Assembly: GCF_006345805.1 (NCBI RefSeq)
Contig: NC_043003.1
Coordinates: forward strand, 7,440,001 to 7,504,000
Reading direction: 5' to 3'
Origin: Octopus sinensis
Lineage: Eukaryota
DNA: 64,000 nt
Each line of letters starts with the position of its first letter. Within the stretch, counting starts at the first letter, position 1. Below the pieces are notes generated by a model. That model was not told where the DNA came from. It saw only the letters and a program-made list of their open reading frames with translations, and did no database searches. Below are positions 26,171 through 37,497 of the stretch, one piece after another. The position numbers and the translations under genes are program-made.

Positions 26171-26700
26171 TAGAAGCTATGTATGTGTATATATATACAT
26201 GTGTGTGTCTGTGTTTGTCCCTGACCATTGCTTGACAACCGATGTTGCTGTGTTTACACCCCCGTACCTTAGCCATTTGACATAACAAACCGATAGAATA
26301 AGTACTTGGCTTACAAAGAATAAATCCTGGGGTTAATTTCTTCAGTTAAAGGCAGTGCTCCAGCAAGGCTGCAGCCACATGACTGAAACAAGTAAAACAA
26401 TAAAAAACTGTGCCAGTTTACTCCCGAGCAACACCATTCATCTCTGCTGCCAGTCTATATAAGAGAGACCAATTCCTTTCTCATGCTCTTTTGTGTTAGC
26501 AATGACCAACGAGAAACATTTCCCTCTGTCCTTCACTTTATATAAGAAGAAAAGCTTTCAGCCGAAATCGAGAAAGACGATGCCACCTTTCTCCTTTCTT
26601 CCTTTCTAGTCAGCTCTGTGCATTCTTTATTCTTTCTCTCTCTACTAGCAGACGGCAACTTCCACACAAAAAAAAAATGAACGTAAAATATTTATATGCA

Positions 26701-26744
<44 letters not shown>

Positions 26745-26914
26745 ATGTATATATATATATGTATATATATATATATCTATTTATATATGTGTATCTATGT
26801 ACATATGTATATATATATATATATGTATATATATATAATTATAATAATAATATTAGGGAGTATATCCAAACTTACAGGGAAAAATTAGATTTAGGATTAA
26901 ATCGAATTTCACAG

Positions 26915-27335
26915 TATAAATATAAATTAAATTAGAGATAAAACCACTATTAGGCAAATCAAACAGTGATAGACATAAACCAATACATAAATAACAAAAA
27001 ATATAAAATTAATTAAAATAATATATAATATACATATAAAATATAAAATTTAAAATAAATTTTTTTTACTAACCAAAAAGTATAAAAAAGTATAAAAAAG
27101 ATAAATATAATATAAAAGTACTTTTATATTATATTTATCTTTTTTTTATACTTTTTTAATACTTTTTGGTTAGTAAAAAAAATTTTTTTAAATTTAAGAA
27201 TATAAATTTTATATTTTATATGTATATTATATATTATTTTAATTATATTTATATTTTTTGTTATTTATGTATTGGTTTATGTCTATCACTATTTGAATTG
27301 CATAATAGTGGTTTTATCTCTAATTTATATTTTAT
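26915..27335. repeat. AT-rich spacerless palindrome, arms about 200 bp
   Basis: Centre AAAAGT|ACTTTT at 27119/27120. Outer arms TAAATTAGAGATAAAACCACTATTA and TAATAGTGGTTTTATCTCTAATTTA. Confidence 0.92.
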
Positions 27336-27346
27336 ATATATATATA

Positions 27347-27889
27347 CGAGGGTGAGTCAAAAAATAATACCATTTTGTTTAGGACAGGTATACCAACACA
27401 GGAACATGTATCATACATCAAAATGAAGCTGGTCCTCTTTGGATCACATCCCTACTTTTCAACATTTCTCTCAATAGCAATGTTCCACCTTCGAATTAGA
27501 GTGTGCATCCCTGCCCCATAAAATTCTGTTGACTGTTCTTTGAGCCACTTCTTCACTACCTCCACAATCACCAGACTTAGCGCCTTCAGACTATCATCTC
27601 TTCGGCCCCATGAAAGAAGATTTAAGAAGCAAACATTATTCCAGTGATGAGGAAGTGAAAACTGTAGTGAAGAAGTGGCTCATAGAACAATCAATAGAAT
27701 TTTACGGGGTAGGGATACATGCTCTCATTCAAAGGTGGAACATTGCTATTGAGAGAAATGTTGACTATGTTGAGAAGTAGGGATGTGATCCACAGAGGAC
27801 CAGCTTCATTTTGATGTATGATACATGTTCCTGTGTTGGTAATTATACCTGTCCTAAACAAAATGGCATTACTTTTTGACTCACCCTCA
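27347..27889. mobile_element. Mariner-derived fold-back MITE (both arms come from the 3' end)
   Basis: TA-flanked. About 27347-27559 is the reverse complement of about 27664-27889. The centre encodes SPDLAPSDYHLFGPMKEDLRSKHYSSDEEVK. Confidence 0.88.
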
Positions 27890-28210
27890 TATATATACAT
27901 ATATGGAGGCGCAATGGCCCAGTGGTTAGGGCAGTGGACTCGCAGTCAGAGGATCGTGGTTTCGATTCCCAGACCGGGTGTTGTGTGTGTTTATTGAGTG
28001 AAAACACCTAAAAGGCTCCAGCAGTGGGGTGGGTAGCGACCCCTGTTGTACTCCTTCGCCCCAACTTTCTCTCACTCTCTCTTCCTGTTTCGTGAGTAAT
28101 GCTGTGATGGACTGGTGTCCTGTCCAGCTGGAAGAAACACATATGCCACAGAAACCGGGAAACCGGGCCCATGAGCCTGGCTAGGCTTGAAAAGGGCATC
28201 GTTTATCATC

Positions 28211-28268
<58 letters not shown>

Positions 28269-30004
28269 TAACCCATGCTAGCATGGAAAGCGGATGTTAA
28301 ACGATGATGATGATGATGATGATATATATATATCAACTTCACAGCAGGAGATACAGATGAGGGCAACAGCATCAAACTCCCTCATGCACCAAATGTCAAT
28401 TTCTAAAAAGCATTAGCGAAGTAAAATTATGTAGCAACACCAAATGGCGGTGCCCCAGCATGGCCACAGCTCATGAGCTGAAATTAGATCAAATCAAATC
28501 ATAATATTCTTTCCTTTTTTCTTTTTGTGTTATTCTTTGATATTCTTCACTGGTTTCTCCAATGTGAGAACCTCAAGCATTAAAGCTACATACCACAAAT
28601 GTAGCAGCTATCAATGTTATTCTTCACCACATCTACGTGTTACAATGTTGTCAATTAATTTGAACAATTGTTATCATGTTAACAATTCTTGTTATAATTG
28701 GAGTCGTTACCTCTTCACATCAATAAGCATTACATAATTTCACCACACTGATAACACCTACTTGCTGATATATATCTGCCGCCGCATATACATACATACA
28801 TACATACATTAAGAATATATGAGCATGTTTAGACATGCAACTATATGGATAAACCAGAACATACAAATCTGCACATACGCATATGTAGTGGCAAAGGTGT
28901 AGCAAAAGAGGTCGTTAAGAGAGCAGATGAAGCAGACATGCAGACAACATCAAAGTAAAACAATGGGAAAGCATCGGATTGTGGTTTAAATAATTTATTT
29001 AATCGGTGCTTGTATTTACTTGTATACACCAGAAAATTCACCACATGGCATTACCAATTTGCTTTGAGTTTGTGAACAAGAAAATAAACAAGAAATACTG
29101 TGTCAATATGTTGAGGTGGAACCGGGCATGTTTTGTGTTTGTGTGTGCATCGGTCATTCTGTGGTGTCTGTTTATGTTCTGCCACTGCTACTACATTGGG
29201 TCATTCATGCTGAATATGGGGTTCCCTGTTGGCTGCTTGACTGGCGCAAGTTAACTGTTGGCTGTCTGCTTGTCTCTTAACAGTTCACCTGGTGATGGCT
29301 ATCTGCATTCCCTTGACGGATTGCTGCTTAATGGCTATCTGACTGTATTTATATATTTCTTTATTGCCTACAAGGGGCTAAACATAGAGGGGACAAACAA
29401 GGACAGACAAACGGATTAAGTCAATTACATTGACTCCAGTGCATAACTGGTACTTTATTTATCGACCCTGAAAGGATGAAAAGCAAAGTTGACCTCGGCG
29501 GGATTTGAACTCAGAACATAACGGCAGATGAAATATCGCTAAGACACACTAACGTTTCTACCAGCTCACCGCCTTCTGACTGTATTTATAATGGTCATGG
29601 CAGCTAGAAGGACAGACATACAACAGGAGTAATTTCTACTTATGTAGGTCACCTCCTGTTCACTTGAACCTTAAATGACGCAGCTTAGGTCGTAGGTCAA
29701 AGAGAAATCCATCCATCACTTTTTGATAGGACAAAGAAATTTCTTTTGCACCTGTTTAGCCAATGGTGGATCAGATGAGTGAGAATCCTTAGATTCAGTT
29801 TCGAATCTCAGCTCAAAAAATGAAAGTGTTAGTTCTTACGCATAGATATATACAAAAGTATCCTGTTGATGCTGTTGAAATGCAAATGAAGGAACCTTGG
29901 ATCTTGGTTAGAAACTGGCTCTTTCTCTATTGGCAAAAAATCTTGAAATAAAACTGATTAATGACATACATGTGTATTTATGGTGAATTAATTCCTGAAC
30001 TTGT

Positions 30005-30345
30005 GACGGTGCATGGCTCTGTGGTTAGAGCATCAAGCTTACAATCGTGAGGTTGTGAGTTTGAATCCTGGACCAGGCTGCGTGTTGTTTTCTTGAGCAA
30101 GACACTTTATTTCACGTTGCTCCAGTTCACTCAGCTGTAGAAATGAGTTTCGACATCACAGGTGCCAAGCAATATTGGCCCCGTTGCCTTTCCCTTGGAT
30201 AACATCGGTGGTGTGGAGAGGGGAGGCCGGTATGCATGGGCGACTGTTAGTCTTCCATAAACAACCTTGCCCGGACTTGTGCCTGGGAGGGTAACTTTCT
30301 AGGTGCAATCCCATGGTCATTCATGACCGAAGTGGGGTCTCAGCG
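30005..30345 (+). mobile_element. tRNA-derived SINE family 4; also at about 55-360(-) and 18690-18990(-)
   Basis: Head GCATGGCTCTGTGGTTAGAGC...GAGTTTGAATCC and tail ...GGTGCAATCCCATGGTCATTCATGACCGAAG shared by three copies. Confidence 0.8.
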
Positions 30346-30349
30346 GCAG

Positions 30350-30544
30350 CAATTCCTGAACTCGCAGCTCTTGTACCCTGACTATGAATTCTCATTTGTA
30401 GCTATCATCAAAGATGCATTAGGTTGTGTTGCAACAGATTTGCATTATAACCCAGAAATACTCCATTTCACCGAGAAAAAGCAAAAGAAACTGACACAGA
30501 TTCTCCAAATCCAACCTATTAGTGGCACAGTGAAGATCTGTTAG
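30350..30544 (+). mobile_element. C-terminal remnant of an RLE-type non-LTR retrotransposon (R4/NeSL-like)
   Basis: LLYPDYEFSFVAIIKDALGCV...LQIQPISGTVKIC resembles the 'LYP.Y...PIVIGALG...LQ...I.GT.KI' tail of RLE elements. Confidence 0.55.
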
Positions 30545-31069
30545 ACATGTGTGAATAGATACTCACACTTGGGTTTATGCATCAACAATTCAACCAACTC
30601 AACAACATATTTGCAAATATTGGACATTTGTAGAAAGTCTTGTTGCTTTCCTTGTGACCAGCTTGATCTCTCGAGAAGAACTTAAATAAAACTCAAGGAA
30701 AATCATACATACAGCGTGGCACCTTGGGCAAGTGTCTTCTACTATAGCCTCGGGCCGACCAATGCCTTGTGAGTGGATTTGGTAGACGGAAACTGAAAGA
30801 AGCCTGTCGTATATATGTATATGTATGTGAGTATGTTTGTGTATCTGTGTTTGTCCCCCTAGCATTGCTTGACAACCGATGCTGGTGTGTTTATGTCCCC
30901 AGCCACTTAGCGGTTCGGCAAAAGAGACCGATAGAATAAGTACTGAGCTTACAAAGAATAAGTCCCGGGGTCGAGTTGCTTGACTAAAGGCAGTCTGCAG
31001 TCAAATGACTGAAACAAGTAAAAGAGTATACACATATGTACATACATAGATACATATGTACTTACATAC

Positions 31070-31262
31070 GTACATAGTTGCCATGATAGATCGTTAGCCA
31101 CTACACACATTTTTTTCTCTCCTTGTTTTTTTCTGTGTCCCTTTCTGTAGAAGAGCATAGGCTCGAAACGTAAAAGACTTTTTCTATTCCCGAGCGTTAT
31201 ACTAATACATATGTTTGTTTTCTACACCACCTGTCTTCGTCTTTTGTTTTTTTCGTGAACTC
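31070..31262 (+). mobile_element. Short repeat family with a hammerhead-like core; also at about 1140-1322(-) and 38957-39140(-)
   Basis: CTTT-CTGTNGA-A-GAGC ATAG GCTC-GAAA-CG-TA-AAAG at 31141-31176, 39042-39076(-) and 1234-1269(-). Confidence 0.6.
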
Positions 31263-32213
31263 TCCCCATACATATGTATATATATATATGTACACACACG
31301 ACACACACATACATGCAGGCATACATATATACATGCATACATATATGCATGCATGCATGCATACACAACAGGGTTCTTTTAGTTTCTGTCTACCAAATCT
31401 ACTCACAAAGCTTTGTTTGGCCTGGGGTTATAGTAGAAAACATTTGCCCAAGATGTCATGCAATGGTCCTGAACCTGTACCCATGTGGTTAGGAAGCAAA
31501 CCTCTTCACCATGTGCCCATGCCTGTCCCTCTTCATTTAAAAATTTCATATCTTCAAAAGGTTAACATGCAGTTCCAAATACTCCATCATCATCATCATC
31601 GTTTAACATCTGCTTTCCATGCTAGCATGGGTTTGACGGTTTGACTGAGGACTGGCGAACCAGATGGCTACACCAAGCTTCACAGCTGGATATCCTTCCT
31701 AATGCCAACTACTCCCAGAGTGTAGTGGGTGCTTTTACGTCCCACTGGCACAGATGCCAGTAAAGCGATGCTGGTAACACTCAAATGGTGTCTTTTACGT
31801 GCCGCCAGCACGGAGGCCAGATAGCTGCTCTGGCAACGATCATGCTCAGATGGTGCTCTTAATACCCTACTAGCACGGGGCTCGAGTGCCAGTAAGGTGA
31901 CGCTGGTAGCGATCACACTCAAATGGTGTCTTTTAAGTGCCAGTGGCACAGAAGCCGGTTAGCCACTCTGTCAATGATCACACTCGTAGCACGGACGCCA
32001 GCCATCGAATTTGATTTCGATAGAAAATAATTTATTCCTTCAATTCTTGTCTAAATTTCTTTATATTGTTAAAATATTCAGTTGTTATTGTCTTGACTGG
32101 GCATACCTTTCTGTTAATGTGCACCTGCGTAACAAAATGATTAGTCACCGCTTACGACTTACTTTTAGGATATATGTGACTGTGAGTCATGGCTTTGGTA
32201 GTATATGGACACC

Positions 32214-33192
32214 TATTGGGTCAGTCACCCTTGTGGGTAATAAAAAAATCAAATGTTTCGGGTCATCCCATAAATAATACTTTTTTTTTCAATTGCATAA
32301 ACTAAAATTGGTGGAGGGTGGGGAATAAACTACCTACATTACTTTTCTATAAAAGCAGGTAGTAATTTTACATTGTTTTTATTCTTAGTGCATGTTTTGA
32401 AGAGTGCAGTTCGATTTTATCAGTTATTTTTACAAAGCTATAATGGAAGTGACAAAGGAGCACATTTGGCATATTTTGCTTTATGAGTTCAATAAAGGCA
32501 ACAATGCAATGGAAAGTGAAAGGAATATTGAAGCAGTATATAGGGATCGGACAATAAGCATAAGCCAGTGTCAACGGTGGTTTCACAAATTCTGAGCTGG
32601 AAACTACAGACTAGAAGATGAGCCTCGTCCTGGAAGGTCTTTAGAGCTTGACAAAGACATCCTGCAAACCCCAGTGGAACAAAATCCCATCGTAACTGTT
32701 GAGGAACTAGCAGAGAAGCTTGGATTTGGATATTCAACCATTCATTGACACCAGCACTAGAAGAAAAATGACTTGTCTTTGGTTTCAAGACAAAAGGTGT
32801 TCTTCCATCAGGATAATGCTTGGCCACATACAGTGAGGATGACATTGCAAAGGCTGGAGCAGTTTGAATGGGAAACGATGTCCCATCCACTATATTCGCC
32901 GGATATTGCCTCATCTGATTATCATTTATTCTGTAGTTGTCAAAATCATTTCGATGGAACAAAATATTAATTCTGTAGATGAGGTCAGAACAGTACTGGA
33001 GGAATATTTTCATCACAGACAAGTGAATTTTGGAAAGAGAGGCCTTGCAAGTCTAGCTGATAAGATGGAAGAGCATTGTAGAATATGAAGGAGAGTATAT
33101 TTGTAGATTAAAAAAGAACTTTGTTTATCTTAATTGTGAAAAGTAAAAGAAGTATTAATAAAAACCTGCATTATTTATGGGACTACCCAATA
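32214..33192 (+). mobile_element. Internally deleted mariner element with TIRs
   Basis: MEVTKEHIWHILLYEFNKGNNA...QRWFHKF, DEPRPGR, FHQDNAWPH, HPLYSPDIASSDYHLF. Terminal GGTCATCCCATAAATAAT (about 32261) is inverted at ATTATTTATGGGACTACCCAATA (33170-33192). Confidence 0.88.
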
Positions 33193-33799
33193 CATACATG
33201 ATCGTACATGTTTGTTTAATGTCTGTATTGTATATGTATATATGTACACACACATACATCTATATGTATAAATATATGTACGTATAGGTATATATGTGTG
33301 TTTGTATATATATATGTGTGTGTGTCTGTATTTGTAGATATGTAGTTATATATGTGCATATGTGTTATCATCATCATTTCATGTCCATACATGCACACTT
33401 TTGCTTGTTCATAGGTTCAGTAATTGAAAGCTCTGAATTCATGATACTTGATATTTCTCTTGCAGTTATAATAACCATGGACGTTTGTAGATAAAAACAG
33501 GATTACCAGACGAGAATTATATTTATCAAATTGTAAATCATTTACAGCATTTTGTCGATTCAGTGTGGTTAGACCTGAAGAAAGTTAAGCTCCACTGTGT
33601 GTAAAAGTGATGTAGACACTGCATGTCACAACAGTGCACCCTGCAGTAGGGGTTAAGGGCTCAAGACCTTTTGATGTACTTGACTCAATAGGTCTCCTCA
33701 AGCACAGCAGGTCGCCCTACAATCCAAGGTAGTTTTGAATGGGCTGGGGCTGGTTATGTGAAACTGGTGTAGGATACAGCTTTGAACTCACTTTTTTTG

Positions 33800-35175
33800 C
33801 TGGGTTTTTGCAGTCACAGCATACCTCCAGAGGTCTTGGTCTTTCATCATTGCCTCTGTGAGGCCCAACATTTGAAGGTCATGCTTGACTACCTCATCCC
33901 ATGTCTTCCTGGGTCTACCTCTACTCTGAATTCCTTAAACTTTTTGGGAGTGGCACTTCTTCACACATCTCTCCTCATCCATCCATAGTACATGACCATA
34001 CCAGCACAAATGTCTCTCTTGCATGCCACATCCGATGCTTCTTATGTCCAACATTCCTCTCAGGGCGCTTACACTCTGTCGTGTGTGCACACTGACATTA
34101 CACATCCAGCAGATCATGCTAGCTTAATTCCTTTCGAGCCTATGTATGTCCTCTGCAGTCACAGCCCATGTTTCACTGCTGTGAAGCATGGCAATTTGCA
34201 CACATGCATTGTACAATCTACCTTTCACTCTGAACGAGAGGCCCTTTGTCACCAGTAGGGGTAAGAGCTTTCTGAACTTTGCCCAAGCAATTCTTATTCT
34301 AGTGGTTACACTATCTGAGCATCCACCCCCACTACTAACTTGGTCACCTAGGTAGCAGAAGCTATCAACAACTTCTAGTTTCTCCCCATGGAGTGTAATG
34401 GAATCTGTTTTCTGAGCATCTTTCGTGTTTATTGCCCCTGTGCATCTGCTGCACATGAAAGCTATCTTCTCGGTTAATCTTCCTTTGATGTTGCTGCACC
34501 TTTTGTGTGTTCATAGCTTACACTGGGTACATCTTATGGAGTTTCTACCTACACCTTTTCTACAGATCAAGCAGGGCCACATACCTGAAGGGGTGTTTGG
34601 TGTGTTTGCCTTCCTACTTACTAGAACTTTGGTCTTTGCTACATTGACTCTCTTTTGATTCTAAATCTTGCTTCCACACACGAAATTTCTTTTCTAGTTT
34701 TGACAGTGATTCTGCTATGAGGGCCAGGTCATCAGCATAGAGGAGCTCCCAGGGGCAACCCGTTTTGAATTCCTCTGTTATTTCCTGGAAGACTTTGATG
34801 AATAAAAGGGGGCTGAGGGCTGAACCGTGGTGGACCCCTACTTCTACCCGGAATTCTTCACTATACTCATTGCCAATCCTAACCTTGCTAACATCCTCTC
34901 TGTATAGGGCCTGTACAGCCCTTATTAACCATTCATCAATCCCCAGTTTCTGCATCACCCACTAGATAAGGGATTGGGGGTCCCTGTCAAAGGCTTTCTC
35001 CAAGTCCACAAAAGCTAAGAATAGGAGTTTATCTTTAGCTAGGTATTTCTCCTGCAGTTGTCAAACCAGGAATATGGCATCAGTGGTGCTTCTACCCAAC
35101 ACAAAACCGAACTGCAACTCATCTAAGCAGACTCTTTCCCTAATGAGATGGGCTATGACCCTCTCCATGACCTTA
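33800..35175 (-). pseudogene. RTE LINE fragment (RT to C-terminus) with frameshifts and a microsatellite interruption
   Basis: ORF pieces LDELQFGFVLGRSTTDAIF, ELLYADDLALIAES, FCYLGDQVSSGGGC; same family as 62010-63816. Confidence 0.9.
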
Positions 35176-35817
35176 TGTATATGTGTGTGTGTGTGTGTGT
35201 GTACACATATATAAATATATATATATATATATACATGTATATATATATACATATATGTACACACATATATATTTGTATGTATATATATATATGTACATAT
35301 ATATACATACATACATTACATACACAAATATATATACACGCACACATATATATATAGTTTCTATCAACCAAATTCACTCACAAGACTTTGGTCAGCCCAG
35401 GGTTATTAGTTAAAGGCACTTGCTCAAGGTGCCAAGCTGTGGGATTGAACCCAAGACCTCATGGTTAGGAAATCAGCTTCTTAACCATACCCTGTTTCAG
35501 CATTAACATCCTGGAAGGGTGGTAAAGAATGGTGAATTTGTACAATCTTCACAGAAGAAGGAGACAAGTGGAAATGGTGTACAGCATGACCTGGAGCAAT
35601 CCAGCCATGACACCCCTCCCCAATAATACGATATGGCTAGAGGCTCCTATCAGGACACTTAGTGATGATTCACTTCGGCTACTTGGCAAACAGGTCTTCT
35701 ACTAACCAAACATATCTAATTACATTTACCTGCCTTAACCAATCCTGTAAACACTAACACACAAGGTAACAGCTGCACAAAAGGTAGGCAATGGCACAAG
35801 TCTTATTTATATATAAA

Positions 35818-36212
35818 CTAGCAGTATCGCCCAGCGTTGCTCGGGTTTGTAAGGGAAATAACTATATAAGCATTTTTAGAGATGTAAAGTATAATAGCCA
35901 TCTCAATATGGCTAACCACAAAGGGGGGGGTGTTACTGTAGCTTTTTACGTTCTGAGATTTAATAATAAATTTTTAGAGTTACTTCCCTTATATATGCCA
36001 AAAATGCATAAAAAAATGGGAAAAATTGACGGTAAATTTTTTTAAAATCGTAGACTCATCGTAGACGCGTGCTAATACCCAGAAGGGCTCGATATGAATC
36101 ACGGCTATAAGATACCTGGTTTTGGTTAAACTGCACTGCAAAATGAGGGAGTAGTTAGGAATCTAAATCGTAGGAGACAGATAGCACACAACCTCTCTTT
36201 TATATATAAAGA
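35818..36212 (-). mobile_element. Non-autonomous Helitron, same family
   Basis: Reverse complement of the A|TCTTTATATATAAAAG ... CCCGAGCAACGCTGGGCGATACTGCTAG|T structure. Confidence 0.8.
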
Positions 36213-37432
36213 TATGGAGATGAAAGAAAAACCGACGCTTTTATGTTTGTAAATGCACCCATAAATGCTTATACATTCATAACCACAAACAAACAGGCAC
36301 ATATTTGAGTGCATTTACTCAACCACACTGCACATATAAATGCATATCATTGAATACACTTGTGCACACACATACACACACAAGCATGTACACACACACA
36401 AACCTACATCCACATCTATTTATATACACACTTTCACAAATATAAATGCATATAAAAAAAAGCACCATCCAAACGTGGCCGATGCCAGCGCCGCCTCGAC
36501 TGGCTTCTGTGGTGGTGGCATGTTAAAAGCACCATCCGAACGTGGCCAATGCCAGCGCCGCCTTGACTGGCTTCCATGCCGGTGGCATGTTAAAAGCACC
36601 AACTGATCGTGGCCGATGCCAGACTCCCCTGGCACCTGTGCGGTGGCACGTAAAAAGCACCCACTACACTCGCGGAGTGGTTGGCGTTAGGAAGGGCATC
36701 CAGCTGTAGAAACACTGCCATATCAGACTGGAGCCCGGTGCAGCCCCTGGCTTCCCAGACCCCGGTCGAACCGTCCAACCCGTGCTAGCATGGAAAATGT
36801 GCGTTAAACGATGATGATGATGATGATGATAAAATTGTACACATTGACCTGTTAGCATTCAGGTTTCTCTGTCAAATGTAATGCATATTTATTCACATTT
36901 GAAATAGTCAGGTTTTAACCCTGTAGCTTTGAGATTTCAAATGACGTGTTTATTTTTAGAATAGCATTGTAGGGTAAGTGTGAGAAGCAAGATCTGGCCA
37001 GTCACAAGATAAAACTGGTAGAATATTTTGGCCGAATATGGTCAGTTTAAATGCTAAATGGTTAATACCTGTGCTGGAGTCGTTAGCACAGTGGACAAAA
37101 TGCTTAATGGCATTTCATCTGTCTGCATGTTCTGAGTTCAAATTCTGCCGAGGTTGACTTTGTCTTTCATCCTTCCAGGGGTCGATAAAATAAGTGCCAG
37201 TTACACACTGTGTTCGATGTAATCGACTTAACTCTTCCCCTAAAATTGCTGGCCTGGTGCCAAAATTTGAAACCAATATGCGTGCATATTGCAACATGCA
37301 TAAATACAAAGCTTAAAAAAAGAGTTTATCATGGCTACCAAATAATTGTCACATATTATATTTACAGATAATTTCCTCTATTTACATAATATCGAGGTCT
37401 CCTTCATTCTTTTGTTGTCTTGCCATTTCTAT

Positions 37433-37497
<65 letters not shown>

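Noticed and set aside
26540-26580. AAGAAGAAAAGCTTTCAGCCGAAATCG as another hammerhead
   Set aside because: It lacks the CUG of the core and has no stem I or III support; single copy.
26696-26935. YI/IY-rich ORFs here and at about 28072-28284, 35061-35413 and 37432-37614
   Set aside because: Translations of (TA)n/(CA)n microsatellites.
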